Shown one piece after another: positions 28,146 to 37,857 of a stretch of 64,000 nucleotides of DNA (within the stretch, counting starts at the first letter, position 1; each line of letters begins with the position of its first letter). A model generated the notes under the pieces. The model was not told the origin of the DNA and searched no databases. It saw only the letters and a list, made by a program, of their open reading frames with translations. Source of the DNA: Patescibacteria group bacterium (lineage in GTDB: Bacteria; Patescibacteriota; Patescibacteriia; Buchananbacterales; UBA6539). The stretch is from contig JAQTYZ010000005.1 of assembly GCA_028688055.1 (NCBI GenBank), positions 8,634 through 72,633 of the forward strand, written 5' to 3'. A program made the position numbers and the translations under genes.

Positions 28146-29312
28146 ATGATTTTAACGATTGTTACATTTTTTATTGTTTTAGGTATTTTGGTCTTAGTCC
28201 ATGAAGCGGGGCATTTTATGGTGGCCAGAAAAAATGGGGTTAAAGTCGACGAATTTGGTTTAGGTTTGCCACCCAGAATTTTTGGTTTTTATCGTGATGA
28301 AGATAAAAAATGGAAGCTCGTCGGGATGAAGTCAAAATCAACGATTAATACTATTTGGTCACTCAACTGGATTCCGCTTGGTGGCTTTGTAAAAATTAAA
28401 GGCGAAGATGGTGGTGAGACCAGTGATCCCGACAGTTTTGTTAATAAAAATGTTTGGCGCCGAATTTGGGTGGTGTCAGCAGGCGTAACAATGAATATAC
28501 TTTTGGCCATTGTACTATTATCAATCAATTTTACCGTTGGCTCGCCACAACTAATTGATGGCCCGTTGCCCAGTGGCGCTCGGGTCAGTCAAGAGCAAAT
28601 CAGAATTGTTGAAGTTTTGCCCGCGTCACCCGCCGCTACAGCTGGAATAAAATCGGCTGATACTATTATTTCGATTGATGGTAACGCTTATCAAAATATT
28701 GAAGATTTACAAAAGTATATCGAAAGTAAAGTCAGCGAAAATATGGCGGTCAAGCTTGAGCGAGGATCAAGTGAGGTGAATGTTTCGGTGGTGCCAGAAA
28801 TTTTAAAGGAAACTAATCGTGGTGGAATGGGGGTTTCGTTAGTTAAAACAGCCTTAGTGTCATATCCTTGGTATGTCGCGTGGGTCTACGGTACTCGCCA
28901 GGTGTTTGTGATGATGGGAACAATTATTTACGGCTTATTTTTTATCATTAAAAGTTTAGTAATCTCGGGTAAGGTTGTTGGTGAAGTATACGGTCCGGTC
29001 GGCATTGCCGGCTTAGTTGGCGATGCGGCGCGTTTGGGATTTTTGTATGTAATGCAATTAACCGCGTCACTGTCGGTAATTATCGCAGTGATAAATTTTT
29101 TGCCGTTACCGGCGCTTGACGGTGGCCGAGTTTTATTTTTGTTAATTGAGGCCTTAAGAGGTAAACCGGTCAATCAGCGTTTTGAAGCACTAGTCCATAA
29201 TACTGGTTTTGCTTTATTGATGTTGCTAGTCTTGTTTGTAACATTTAATGATGTTTCCCGATTGACTGCTGGCTTTGGCGGATTGTTTCAATCGATATCC
29301 AGGTTGTTTTAA
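28146..29312 (+). CDS. rseP: RIP metalloprotease RseP (M50, one PDZ domain)
   Basis: HEAGH, IPLGGFVKI, AGVTMN, PDZ SPAATAGIK, NFLPLPALDGG. Confidence 0.95.
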   Translation: MILTIVTFFIVLGILVLVHEAGHFMVARKNGVKVDEFGLGLPPRIFGFYRDEDKKWKLVGMKSKSTINTIWSLNWIPLGGFVKIKGEDGGETSDPDSFVNKNVWRRIWVVSAGVTMNILLAIVLLSINFTVGSPQLIDGPLPSGARVSQEQIRIVEVLPASPAATAGIKSADTIISIDGNAYQNIEDLQKYIESKVSENMAVKLERGSSEVNVSVVPEILKETNRGGMGVSLVKTALVSYPWYVAWVYGTRQVFVMMGTIIYGLFFIIKSLVISGKVVGEVYGPVGIAGLVGDAARLGFLYVMQLTASLSVIIAVINFLPLPALDGGRVLFLLIEALRGKPVNQRFEALVHNTGFALLMLLVLFVTFNDVSRLTAGFGGLFQSISRLF

Positions 29313-29314
29313 AT

Positions 29315-29683
29315 ATGGAAATAATTTTACCGGTGGGTTTTAGTGAAAATTTGAAACGGTCGATGGGGCGAGCTGGCTACTCTGTTCACTTTGATCAAAG
29401 AAGTGGTAATTCAAGTTATGTCAAAAGATTGTCCCGTGATTTTTATCCGCGCTTTCACGTTTATTTAAAGCAACTGAATAATCAACAAGTGCTTAATTTA
29501 CACTTGGACCAAAAAAAATCCTCTTATGCCGGTACACACGCCCATGGCGGGGAATACGATGGAGAATTAGTTAAAGCTGAAGCCAGTCGTCTTGAACAGC
29601 TATTAGTGGTAGCTGACAGTGGCCGTTTACCTGAAATTACTGTTGAAAGAAAAAGTTTTTGGTCAAATTTATTTAGAAAGTAA
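29315..29683 (+). CDS. Hypothetical protein
   Basis: 122-aa ORF tightly packed between rseP and proS (FYPRFHVY, LHLDQKK..Y...HAHGGEYDG). Confidence 0.8.
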   Translation: MEIILPVGFSENLKRSMGRAGYSVHFDQRSGNSSYVKRLSRDFYPRFHVYLKQLNNQQVLNLHLDQKKSSYAGTHAHGGEYDGELVKAEASRLEQLLVVADSGRLPEITVERKSFWSNLFRK

Positions 29684-29694
29684 TTATCATTTTT

Positions 29695-30936
29695 ATGTTG
29701 CAGTCAAAATTATTCGGTAAAACAGTTAAAGAGCCGCCCAAGGACGAAGTTAGTGTCAATGCAATTTTATTGAGTCGTGGTGGTTTCGTTGATAAGTTAA
29801 CCGCCGGAGTTTATACTTATTTACCACTTGGCTTAAGAGTTTTAAGAAAAATTCAGCAAATTGTCCGTGACGAAATGAACGCCATTGAGGGGCAGGAAAT
29901 TTTAATGCCGGCCTTGTTACCAAAAGATAATTGGGTTAAAAGCGGTCGCTGGAGCGATCCGGGTAAAGAAGTAATGTTTCAATTTGAAGGTCGGGCTGGT
30001 AAGGAATTTGGCCTCGGTTGGACTCACGAAGAAATAGTCACGCCGTTAGTCAAAAAATTTACCAGTTCATATAAAGATTTGCCGGTTTATCTTTATCAAA
30101 TTCAGGATAAATTTAGGAATGAGCCAAGGGCGAAATCTGGTTTGATGCGTGGCCTTGAATTTTCAATGAAGGATTTATATAGTTTTCATCGTGATGCTGA
30201 CGACTTGGCCAAGTATTATCAAGAAGCTTTAGCGGCTTATCAAAAAATATTTTTACGCTGCGGGTTGGAGGCGTTGGTCACCGAAGCGTCGGGTGGTTCT
30301 TTTTCAAAATATTCACATGAGTTTCAGGTTTTAACTGAATTTGGTGAAGATACCATTTTTTATTGTGCTAGCTGTCATTATGCCCAGAACAAAGAAGTCG
30401 CTGAGATTAAGGGCGGTGATAACTGCCCCAAGTGTGGTGGTAACATTTTAGAAGGCAAAGCAATTGAGGTTGGCAACATTTTTTCGCTCAAGACGAAATA
30501 TTCTGAGCCTTTTAATCTTGAATATACTGATGTTGACGGTAAGGTTAAACCGGTGATGATGGGATGTTATGGTATTGGCCCAAGCCGGGTCATGGGTTCA
30601 ATTGTTGAAATTCATCATGATGATAAGGGAATTATTTGGCCTGCCAGCGTGGCGCCATTTGCTGTCCATTTACTTCAAATTGGTACCGACGAACCGGTTG
30701 CGGCGAAAGCTAAAAAGATATATAATGAATTGCTGGAGGCTGGAGTAGACGTGCTTTTTGATGACCGCTCCGAAGCTAGCGCCGGACAAAAGTTCGCCGA
30801 TGCTGATTTAATTGGTATTCCTCTAAGATTAGTAATATCAGTTAAGGCTGGAGATAAAATTGAAGTTAAGAAAAGAAGCGAAGCAAAAATTGAGCTAATG
30901 ACTTTAGCGCAAGTAAAAAAAATTATTAATGTTTAA
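29695..30936 (+). CDS. proS: Prolyl-tRNA synthetase, short form without the INS editing domain
   Basis: THEE, KFRNEPRAKSGLMR..EF.MKDLYSF, GCYGIG, KFADADLIG; 413 aa. Confidence 0.96.
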   Translation: MLQSKLFGKTVKEPPKDEVSVNAILLSRGGFVDKLTAGVYTYLPLGLRVLRKIQQIVRDEMNAIEGQEILMPALLPKDNWVKSGRWSDPGKEVMFQFEGRAGKEFGLGWTHEEIVTPLVKKFTSSYKDLPVYLYQIQDKFRNEPRAKSGLMRGLEFSMKDLYSFHRDADDLAKYYQEALAAYQKIFLRCGLEALVTEASGGSFSKYSHEFQVLTEFGEDTIFYCASCHYAQNKEVAEIKGGDNCPKCGGNILEGKAIEVGNIFSLKTKYSEPFNLEYTDVDGKVKPVMMGCYGIGPSRVMGSIVEIHHDDKGIIWPASVAPFAVHLLQIGTDEPVAAKAKKIYNELLEAGVDVLFDDRSEASAGQKFADADLIGIPLRLVISVKAGDKIEVKKRSEAKIELMTLAQVKKIINV

Positions 30937-31990
30937 TCGATTATTCAAAAAATTCTCTAAAGATGTCGGTATTGATTTGGGTACATCCAATACGTTGATT
31001 TACGTTAAGGATCGTGGCATTGTTGTCAATGAAGCATCAATTGTGGCGATTAATAACCGTAATGATCAGATTTTGGCTGTCGGCGAAGAAGCGCAAAAAA
31101 TGGTTGGTAAAACGCCGCCCCACATTACAATTTCCAAACCATTGGTTGATGGAATTATTTCTGATTTTGAAGTAACGGAAAAAATGTTGAAATATTTTAT
31201 TGATCGGATTTATCAAGAAAGTTTTGGTTTATCGGCCCGACCGCGGGTTGTGATTGGGGTGCCTTTAGACGTTACGGAAGTTGAAAAAAAGGCGGTCGAA
31301 GACGTGGTATTATCAGCCGGCGCGCGCGATGTATATTTAGTCGAAAATGTGATTGCTACTGCCATTGGTGCGAGATTACCGATTCAGGATCCGTCGGGTA
31401 ATATGATTGTCGACTTTGGTGGCGGCTTGACCGAAATTGCCGTTATTTCACTCTCTGGCGTTGTCGCGTGGAAATCATTAAGAATTGCTGGCAATAAATT
31501 AAATCAAGATATTGTTCAATTTGCGCGTAGTGAATTTAATTTGTTGATCGGCGAAATGGTCGCCGAAGAAATAAAAATTAAGGCTGGGCGCGCGATTGAG
31601 GCTGGCGAGGAAAACGCCGAGTTAAAAATGCGTGGTCGCGATTTACTTACTGGTTTACCAAAGGAAGTTTCCATTAGCGGTTCGCAGGTTCAGCTCGCCA
31701 TTCAGCGTTCCGTCGCCGCGATTGTTGAAGGTATTAAAAGTACCCTGGAGATTACGCCGCCTGAGCTAGTGGCCGATATCTATCAGCGCGGAATGATTTT
31801 AGCCGGTGGTGGCGCTTTGCTAACTGATATTGATAAAATTATTGCCAAAGCAACGAAAATTCCAGTCAAGGTGATTGAAGATTCGTTGACTTGTTCCGTT
31901 CGAGGTATGGGCTTAATTTTAGAAGATGAAAATTTGCTTCGGGAGGTAGCTATTCCGTCGTCAACTAAAGAGGATAACAATTCACGCTAA
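30929..31990 (+). CDS. mreB: Rod shape-determining protein MreB (operonic copy)
   Basis: GIDLGTSN, PLVDGIISDF, DFGGGLTE, TPPELVAD; precedes mreC. Confidence 0.94.
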   Translation: MFNRLFKKFSKDVGIDLGTSNTLIYVKDRGIVVNEASIVAINNRNDQILAVGEEAQKMVGKTPPHITISKPLVDGIISDFEVTEKMLKYFIDRIYQESFGLSARPRVVIGVPLDVTEVEKKAVEDVVLSAGARDVYLVENVIATAIGARLPIQDPSGNMIVDFGGGLTEIAVISLSGVVAWKSLRIAGNKLNQDIVQFARSEFNLLIGEMVAEEIKIKAGRAIEAGEENAELKMRGRDLLTGLPKEVSISGSQVQLAIQRSVAAIVEGIKSTLEITPPELVADIYQRGMILAGGGALLTDIDKIIAKATKIPVKVIEDSLTCSVRGMGLILEDENLLREVAIPSSTKEDNNSR

Positions 31991-31996
31991 AATCTA

Positions 31997-32812
31997 ATGT
32001 TTAGGTTTTTACGATCAATCAGTCGTTCGGTAATTTATTTAGCAGCTGTCATTCTGCTAATTTTTTTGCATTATATTGGTATTTTAAAACCGCTTGAGGA
32101 TTTTGCCATTTTTTTACTAACCCCAATCCAGGCTAGTGTTTATCGGTTAGGTGGCGGTATTAATCAGCTTTATACGGGTTTCCCCGGCCGGCAGGATTTA
32201 GCAAAAGAAAATTCTAGCTTGACGGAGCAGGTAAATAAGTTAATAGTTGAGAATTCGCAGCTCAAAATGATGATCGAGCTAAATAGTGAGGTATCAGTCC
32301 AGCAAAAATTTCTTGAACACTCTGGTTTAAAAGCGATAACGGCGACAATCATCGGACGAAATCCTGAACCGAATTTGCAATCAATTATTATTGACAAGGG
32401 TAGTAATGACGGAATAAAACCGGACTTGCCATTAATTACCGCTGATGGTGTTATGGTTGGTAAGATTTTAAAAGTTAAGGGAAACAGTTCCGAAGCAATT
32501 TTAGTTAATGATTCTCGCAGTAGAATCGCGGCGGTAGTACAAAACGAAGCTGGCAGTAAGGGGGCGGTTATCGGCGAACACGGCTTGAGTCTAAAAATGG
32601 AGTTAATTCCTCAAAATGATAAAGTGAGCGAAGGTGATGTTGCAATTACCTCAGGTATTGAACCAAATATACCGCGAGGATTGGTTATTGGCACAGTCAG
32701 TCGAGTAATTACTGAAGCCAATGGTTTCTTTCAGACAGCGCTCCTTCAGTCACCAGTAAAAATTAATAATCTTATTGTCGTTTCGATTGTCACCAATACT
32801 TATGATAATTAG
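31997..32812 (+). CDS. mreC: Rod shape-determining protein MreC
   Basis: TM, coiled coil, IIIDKGSNDGIK, ITSG...PRGLVIG. Confidence 0.93.
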   Translation: MFRFLRSISRSVIYLAAVILLIFLHYIGILKPLEDFAIFLLTPIQASVYRLGGGINQLYTGFPGRQDLAKENSSLTEQVNKLIVENSQLKMMIELNSEVSVQQKFLEHSGLKAITATIIGRNPEPNLQSIIIDKGSNDGIKPDLPLITADGVMVGKILKVKGNSSEAILVNDSRSRIAAVVQNEAGSKGAVIGEHGLSLKMELIPQNDKVSEGDVAITSGIEPNIPRGLVIGTVSRVITEANGFFQTALLQSPVKINNLIVVSIVTNTYDN

Positions 32813-33326
32813 TGCGCTGGTCACGACCTTGGGAATTATTTTGATTGGCATAATCCAAGTCAGTTTTTTAACTACCTGGCCAGCGCCTGTTAGCAGTTTG
32901 AATATTATTTTAACGCTCGTAATTTTTTTGGCAGTAATTGTGAACTATAACAAAAGTTTAATCTGGGCTTTTGGGGGAGCTTTATTTTTAGAGCTATACT
33001 CTGGTCAGCAATTTGGGGTAACCAGTATCAGCTTAGTTTTGACAGTCATCATTATTAATTTTTTATTTTCTAACGTTTTTACAAATCGTTCCTATTACTC
33101 ATTAATGATTTTAGGCTATTTAGGCACGATGATCTACAATTTGCTTATTATTATTACGGGGTTATTGATTTTTCAAGCGGCCATCAAAGATATGATAACA
33201 TCCTCGGGATTAATCTTTTTGTTTGTTTGGCAGCCAATATTTAATTTGATAATTTTAACGGTTGTTTTCTTTACGTATTATTTATCAACCGGACGATTAA
33301 AAAATTTCTTTTTATTTAGAGATTAA
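32802..33326 (+). CDS. mreD: Rod shape-determining protein MreD
   Basis: Highly hydrophobic protein of about 174 aa between mreC and PBP2; GALFLELYSG..FG. Confidence 0.8.
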   Translation: MIISALVTTLGIILIGIIQVSFLTTWPAPVSSLNIILTLVIFLAVIVNYNKSLIWAFGGALFLELYSGQQFGVTSISLVLTVIIINFLFSNVFTNRSYYSLMILGYLGTMIYNLLIIITGLLIFQAAIKDMITSSGLIFLFVWQPIFNLIILTVVFFTYYLSTGRLKNFFLFRD

Positions 33327-33327
33327 G

Positions 33328-35292
33328 ATGAAATTCACCGCCGACGACAATCCCTTTGAAATATTATCAGCTTCAAAATTTAACGGCTACTCAGTCGGCC
33401 GCCGATATCGCGGCCGTTCAAAGGAAGTTGATCTTTTTTCGGGTTCAAGTAATCCAGGGAAAAAGATTAGTTCGTTAGCCCCGGTAACAAATTTAAATAT
33501 TATAACCATTTGGTCCGTTGTTCTCTTTTTTGGGCTGGTGATACTTGCCAGTCGAACTGCCTACTTGCAATTATTTAGAGGCTCATATTTTAGCAGTGTG
33601 GCTGAAGGAAATCGAATTAGAATTAATGACCTCAAGGCTCAGCGAGGCATTATCTATGATGCTAATCGAGTTTTGCTAGTTGAAAATGTCCCCAGTAAAT
33701 CATTGGCGATTATTCCTGTTGATTTGCCTAAGGTGGATAGCAATTTACATAATTTAGCCACGGAAATTTCGAATATTATTAATAAGCCAGTTAATGAGCT
33801 TTTGGATATGATGAAAGCTCAGTCGCCCTATTCTTATCAGCCGGTTATCATCCAGGAAAATTTAACTGATGATCAGGCGATTCTGGTTCGAATCTTAAGT
33901 GGGAAGTTTACCGGTATTACGCTGAGAACTAATAATACTAGACATTATTTAGAAACTACCCAAGATGAAAGTTTGTCTCACATTCTTGGCTATGAAGGAA
34001 AAATTAATCCTGATATCCTGGATGAGTATTTAGCCAAAGGTTATCTAATTGATGATTACATTGGTAAGGCTGGTGTTGAGATGAGTTATGAGAATCTACT
34101 CAAGGGAAGTAACGGCCGGGAGCAGGTTGAAGTTGATGCCGTGGGTGAAACAAAAGAACTGTTGGCATCAGACAAACCGCAGTCTGGAAAAAATTTAGTT
34201 TTGACCATTGATTCTGAATTGCAGCAGGTTGCTGAAGATAGTTTAAAAAAGGCGCTGAAAAGTGCCGACAAGAAAAAAGGCACGGTCATTGTTATGAACC
34301 CGAATAATGGCGCGCTATTGGCAATGGTTAGTTTGCCGGCCTATGATAATAATTTATTTAGTAAAGGGATTGATCAAAACACTTTTTCTCAGCTTATTAA
34401 TGATCCAAATCAGCCACTTTTTTCCAGGGCCATCAGCGGCCAGTATCCTTCCGGATCAACCATCAAAATGATTATGGGTGCGGCTGCTTTGCAGGAAGGT
34501 GTTATTAATGAAAGTACTACTTTTAACAGTGTTGGCGGTATTAGAGTTGGGCAGTGGTTTTTTCCCGATTGGAAAGCTGGCGGTCATGGCCTGACCAATA
34601 TTATTAAGGCACTAGCTGAATCAGTTAACACTTTTTTTTATATTATTGGCGGCGGTTATAATGATTTTACCGGATTGGGAATTGAAAAAATGAAAGAATA
34701 TGCCGAAAAGTTCAATCTTAATAAGCCGTTGGGTATTGATTTGCCGAACGAGGCTAGCGGTTTTTATCCGGATCCAGTTTGGAAGGAAAAAACTAAAAAT
34801 GAGCAGTGGTATATTGGCGACACCTATCATGCCGCTATTGGGCAGGGTGATGTTTTGGTAACGCCATTGCAAGTTGCTGAATATACCTCTTTTTTTGCAA
34901 ATGGCGGTACCTTGTACCAGCCTCATGTCTTGGGTTCGATTTTAGATTCAGACAATAAGTTGGTTCGAAGTTTTGAGACAAAAGTATTAGGAAATAATTT
35001 TATTAGTTCAAAAAATATTGATATAATCCGTCGCGGATTAAGACAAGGAGTATTGGCGGGAAGTTCAAAGCGATTAGGTACTTTGCCATTTACGGTGGCT
35101 TCAAAAACCGGTACCGCCGAATTTGCGGACGCTAAAGAACCCCACGCGTGGATGACCGCATTTGCGCCTTATGAAAAATCGCAAATTGTGGTGACTGTTT
35201 TAGTTGAAGAAGGGGTTGAGGGAAGTACTGTAGCAGTTCCCGTGGCCTATGATATATTAAATTGGTGGGGCCAAAATCGTTATCAAGAATAG
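33328..35292 (+). CDS. mrdA: Penicillin-binding protein 2
   Basis: RGIIYD, GKAGVE, PSGSTIK (SxxK), SVN (SxN), KTGTAE. Confidence 0.95.
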   Translation: MKFTADDNPFEILSASKFNGYSVGRRYRGRSKEVDLFSGSSNPGKKISSLAPVTNLNIITIWSVVLFFGLVILASRTAYLQLFRGSYFSSVAEGNRIRINDLKAQRGIIYDANRVLLVENVPSKSLAIIPVDLPKVDSNLHNLATEISNIINKPVNELLDMMKAQSPYSYQPVIIQENLTDDQAILVRILSGKFTGITLRTNNTRHYLETTQDESLSHILGYEGKINPDILDEYLAKGYLIDDYIGKAGVEMSYENLLKGSNGREQVEVDAVGETKELLASDKPQSGKNLVLTIDSELQQVAEDSLKKALKSADKKKGTVIVMNPNNGALLAMVSLPAYDNNLFSKGIDQNTFSQLINDPNQPLFSRAISGQYPSGSTIKMIMGAAALQEGVINESTTFNSVGGIRVGQWFFPDWKAGGHGLTNIIKALAESVNTFFYIIGGGYNDFTGLGIEKMKEYAEKFNLNKPLGIDLPNEASGFYPDPVWKEKTKNEQWYIGDTYHAAIGQGDVLVTPLQVAEYTSFFANGGTLYQPHVLGSILDSDNKLVRSFETKVLGNNFISSKNIDIIRRGLRQGVLAGSSKRLGTLPFTVASKTGTAEFADAKEPHAWMTAFAPYEKSQIVVTVLVEEGVEGSTVAVPVAYDILNWWGQNRYQE

Positions 35293-35528
35293 TTGTTATT
35301 CAAATTTTGAGCGGTTGGTGATATAGTGTCAATTCAGGTATTATTTAAAGTTAGGGGAAAAAGTAGGATTTTATTGCTAATTTTAGCTAATATTGACTAT
35401 CTAAATGGTGATGTGGATAATTAATTTTTAGTCTATTGACAAACAATGGTATTAAGATTAAACTAATTTTTAATGTCTGGTAATAATACAGTAAATTCTG
35501 TATTTTTTATATAAATCAAAATTAAAAT

Positions 35529-35987
35529 ATGGGAACAAATTATATTACGCCGAATGGTTTAGAAAAACTCAAGGAAGAAATGGAGCATTTGAAAAAAGTA
35601 AAAATGCCGGAAATTATTGAGCGGATTTCACGGGCTAAAGAATTAGGTGATTTGTCGGAGAATGCTGAGTATCATGACGCCAAGGATGAACAGGGTTTTA
35701 TCGCCGGTCGCATTATCGAAATTGAAAATTTAATTAACAAGTCAATTGTTATTCAAGAGAGTAATAATCATGACACGGTTAATATCGGTTCGACGATTAA
35801 AGTTAAGTGTGGTGATAATAAATTTCAGTATACTATCGTTGGTTCGAATGAATCTGACCCAACTAAAGGTTTTATCTCAAATGAATCGCCGCTGGGTCGA
35901 GCATTTTTGGGCCATAATAAGGGTGAAAAAGTAAAGGTGATTGTGCCAAAAGGTGAAATGGAATGTGAAATATTAGAGATTAGCTAG
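35529..35987 (+). CDS. greA: Transcription elongation factor GreA
   Basis: AKELGDLSENAEYHDAK, ISNESPLGRA. Confidence 0.97.
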   Translation: MGTNYITPNGLEKLKEEMEHLKKVKMPEIIERISRAKELGDLSENAEYHDAKDEQGFIAGRIIEIENLINKSIVIQESNNHDTVNIGSTIKVKCGDNKFQYTIVGSNESDPTKGFISNESPLGRAFLGHNKGEKVKVIVPKGEMECEILEIS

Positions 35988-36000
35988 AAACCAATTTATT

Positions 36001-36029
36001 AAAGAGCCTCCTCGTGGAGGCTCTTTTTT
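36001..36029. terminator. Bidirectional terminator after greA
   Basis: AAAGAGCCTCC-tcgt-GGAGGCTCTTT-TTT. Confidence 0.9.
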
Positions 36030-36081
36030 GTTAAGTTAAAGGCGGCAATAAATGACGATTTCTCGACTCATTATACTCTCC

Positions 36082-36268
36082 AAAGCGGAGTCGCTTGATG
36101 GCGACTCAGCGTGTGTTCTGCGGTTGAAGGTTCAGCGCTTGGGCATTTCTTAAAAAAAGTAATCAGCTAAATGGTTAAATTTGTTGGCTATTAATTTAGC
36201 CAAATTTATCCGCAAGTATTAGCTTATTACCAGGCGAAGGTCCCAGCGGTTTGTGTTTTGGTACGAAC
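36082..36268 (-). ncRNA. Candidate rod-shaped small RNA (6S-like size and fold)
   Basis: Perfect minus-strand promoter TTGACA-17-TATAAT (36302-36274), no substantial ORF, long self-complementary fold with a central bubble, 3' hairpin GAGTCGC/GCGACTC. Confidence 0.55.
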
Positions 36269-36273
36269 AAAAT

Positions 36274-36351
36274 ATTATAAAATATAAAGTTAACAATGTC
36301 AATAGCACTAGAAGCTGGTTGATTGACCATAGTGCTATTTTTTAGTAAAAT
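36274..36351. promoter_or_regulatory. Divergent promoters (sRNA leftward, lysS rightward) with a 10-bp inverted repeat
   Basis: Minus TTGACA-17-TATAAT; plus TTGACC 36323-17-TAAAAT 36346; AATAGCACTA-N19-TAGTGCTATT. Confidence 0.7.
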
Positions 36352-36374
36352 AACTCTATAAATTATTGTTATAT

Positions 36375-37853
36375 ATGCCAAAAATTATTCTCGACGAATT
36401 CAAAAATCGATCGGCTAAGTTAAAGTCTATTTCCGAAATGGGTATAAACCCGTATCCCGACCAATTTGACAAGGAAATAAGTGTCGCCGAGTCAGTCAAA
36501 CTAAAACTTGGCGATAAAGTCAAGATTGCTGGAAGAATGTTGACGCTACGAGACTTGGGTAAGATAATTTTTTGTCACCTGCTCGACAGTACCGGCAAAA
36601 TTCAATTAGTAGTTAAGGAAGATATTGTTGGTAAAGATAAAATTAAATTATTTTCTAAAATCTTTGATGCTGGTGATTTTATTGGTGTTGAAGGGGAACT
36701 ATTCAAAACTGAACGGGGTGAGATTTCGGTGCTGGTAAAAAAATATACTTTGCTAAGTAAAGCATTAAGACCGTTGCCGGAAAAATGGCACGGCTTGAAA
36801 GATCAGGAATTAATTTACCGCCAACGATATTTGGATTTAATTTCTAATCCAGAGTCGTACCAAAGATTTTTATTTCGCAGCAAATTTATTAAACTGCTGC
36901 GAGAATTCTACTGGTGTCATGGTTTTGTTGAAGTTGAGACGCCAATTTTAGCTAATAACGCTTCAGGGGCTTTAGCTAAACCATTTAAGACTCATTATAA
37001 TGCTTTAGACCTTGACGTTTATCTGCGAATTGCCATCGAGACGTATCTTAAAGAGTGTCTGGTCGGCGGTTTTGAAAAGGTTTTTGAAATTGGTAAAGTC
37101 TTTCGCAATGAAGGAATGGATCCGTCACATCTGCAGGAATTTACTGGCGTTGAACATTACGTCGCTTATTGGAACTTTGAGGATAATATGAAATTTACCG
37201 AGGAGATGTTTACATTTTTACTTGAAAAATTATTTGGCAGCTTAAAAATAAAAATTAAAAACCGTGACGGCAAAGAAATTGAAGTTGATTTTACGCCACC
37301 TTGGCCGAAGGTCAGTTTTGCGCAGTTGATTAAAAAAGATTCCGGAATTGATATTGATAAATGTCCGACGGTTGAGGCGTTGCGCCAAGAAATTAAAGCT
37401 AAAAAAATTAAAATTGATGATGCGTCAAAACTCGGTCGTGGTAATTTAATTGATGCGCTTTATAAAGAGGTTTCTCGAAATAAAATTATTAAGCCTACTT
37501 TTGTCATTAATCATCCCATTGACATTTCACCGCTAGCAAGACGAAATGATGATAATCCGGAAATTGTTGATCGGTTTCAGTTGTTAGTTAATACCTGGGA
37601 AGTTGTTAACGCATATTCTGAGTTAGTTGATCCCGTTGACCAAAAGCAGCGTTTTGAACATCAGGCCAAAGTTAAGTCAGCCGGTGACATGGAGGCTCAC
37701 GGTAAAGACGATGAATACGTTAAGGCGCTTGAACATGGGGCGCCACCGATTTCCGGCTGGGGTATGGGTATTGATCGAATGTTGGCATTATTATGTAAAC
37801 AAGATAATTTAAGAGACGTAGTATTATTTCCATTACTGCGTCCGGAAAAATAA
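36375..37853 (+). CDS. lysS: Lysyl-tRNA synthetase, class II
   Basis: LRPLPEKWHGLKD, YRQRYLDL, FRNEG, NAYSEL.DP..Q, GWGMGIDR. Confidence 0.98.
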   Translation: MPKIILDEFKNRSAKLKSISEMGINPYPDQFDKEISVAESVKLKLGDKVKIAGRMLTLRDLGKIIFCHLLDSTGKIQLVVKEDIVGKDKIKLFSKIFDAGDFIGVEGELFKTERGEISVLVKKYTLLSKALRPLPEKWHGLKDQELIYRQRYLDLISNPESYQRFLFRSKFIKLLREFYWCHGFVEVETPILANNASGALAKPFKTHYNALDLDVYLRIAIETYLKECLVGGFEKVFEIGKVFRNEGMDPSHLQEFTGVEHYVAYWNFEDNMKFTEEMFTFLLEKLFGSLKIKIKNRDGKEIEVDFTPPWPKVSFAQLIKKDSGIDIDKCPTVEALRQEIKAKKIKIDDASKLGRGNLIDALYKEVSRNKIIKPTFVINHPIDISPLARRNDDNPEIVDRFQLLVNTWEVVNAYSELVDPVDQKQRFEHQAKVKSAGDMEAHGKDDEYVKALEHGAPPISGWGMGIDRMLALLCKQDNLRDVVLFPLLRPEK

Positions 37854-37857
37854 AAAT

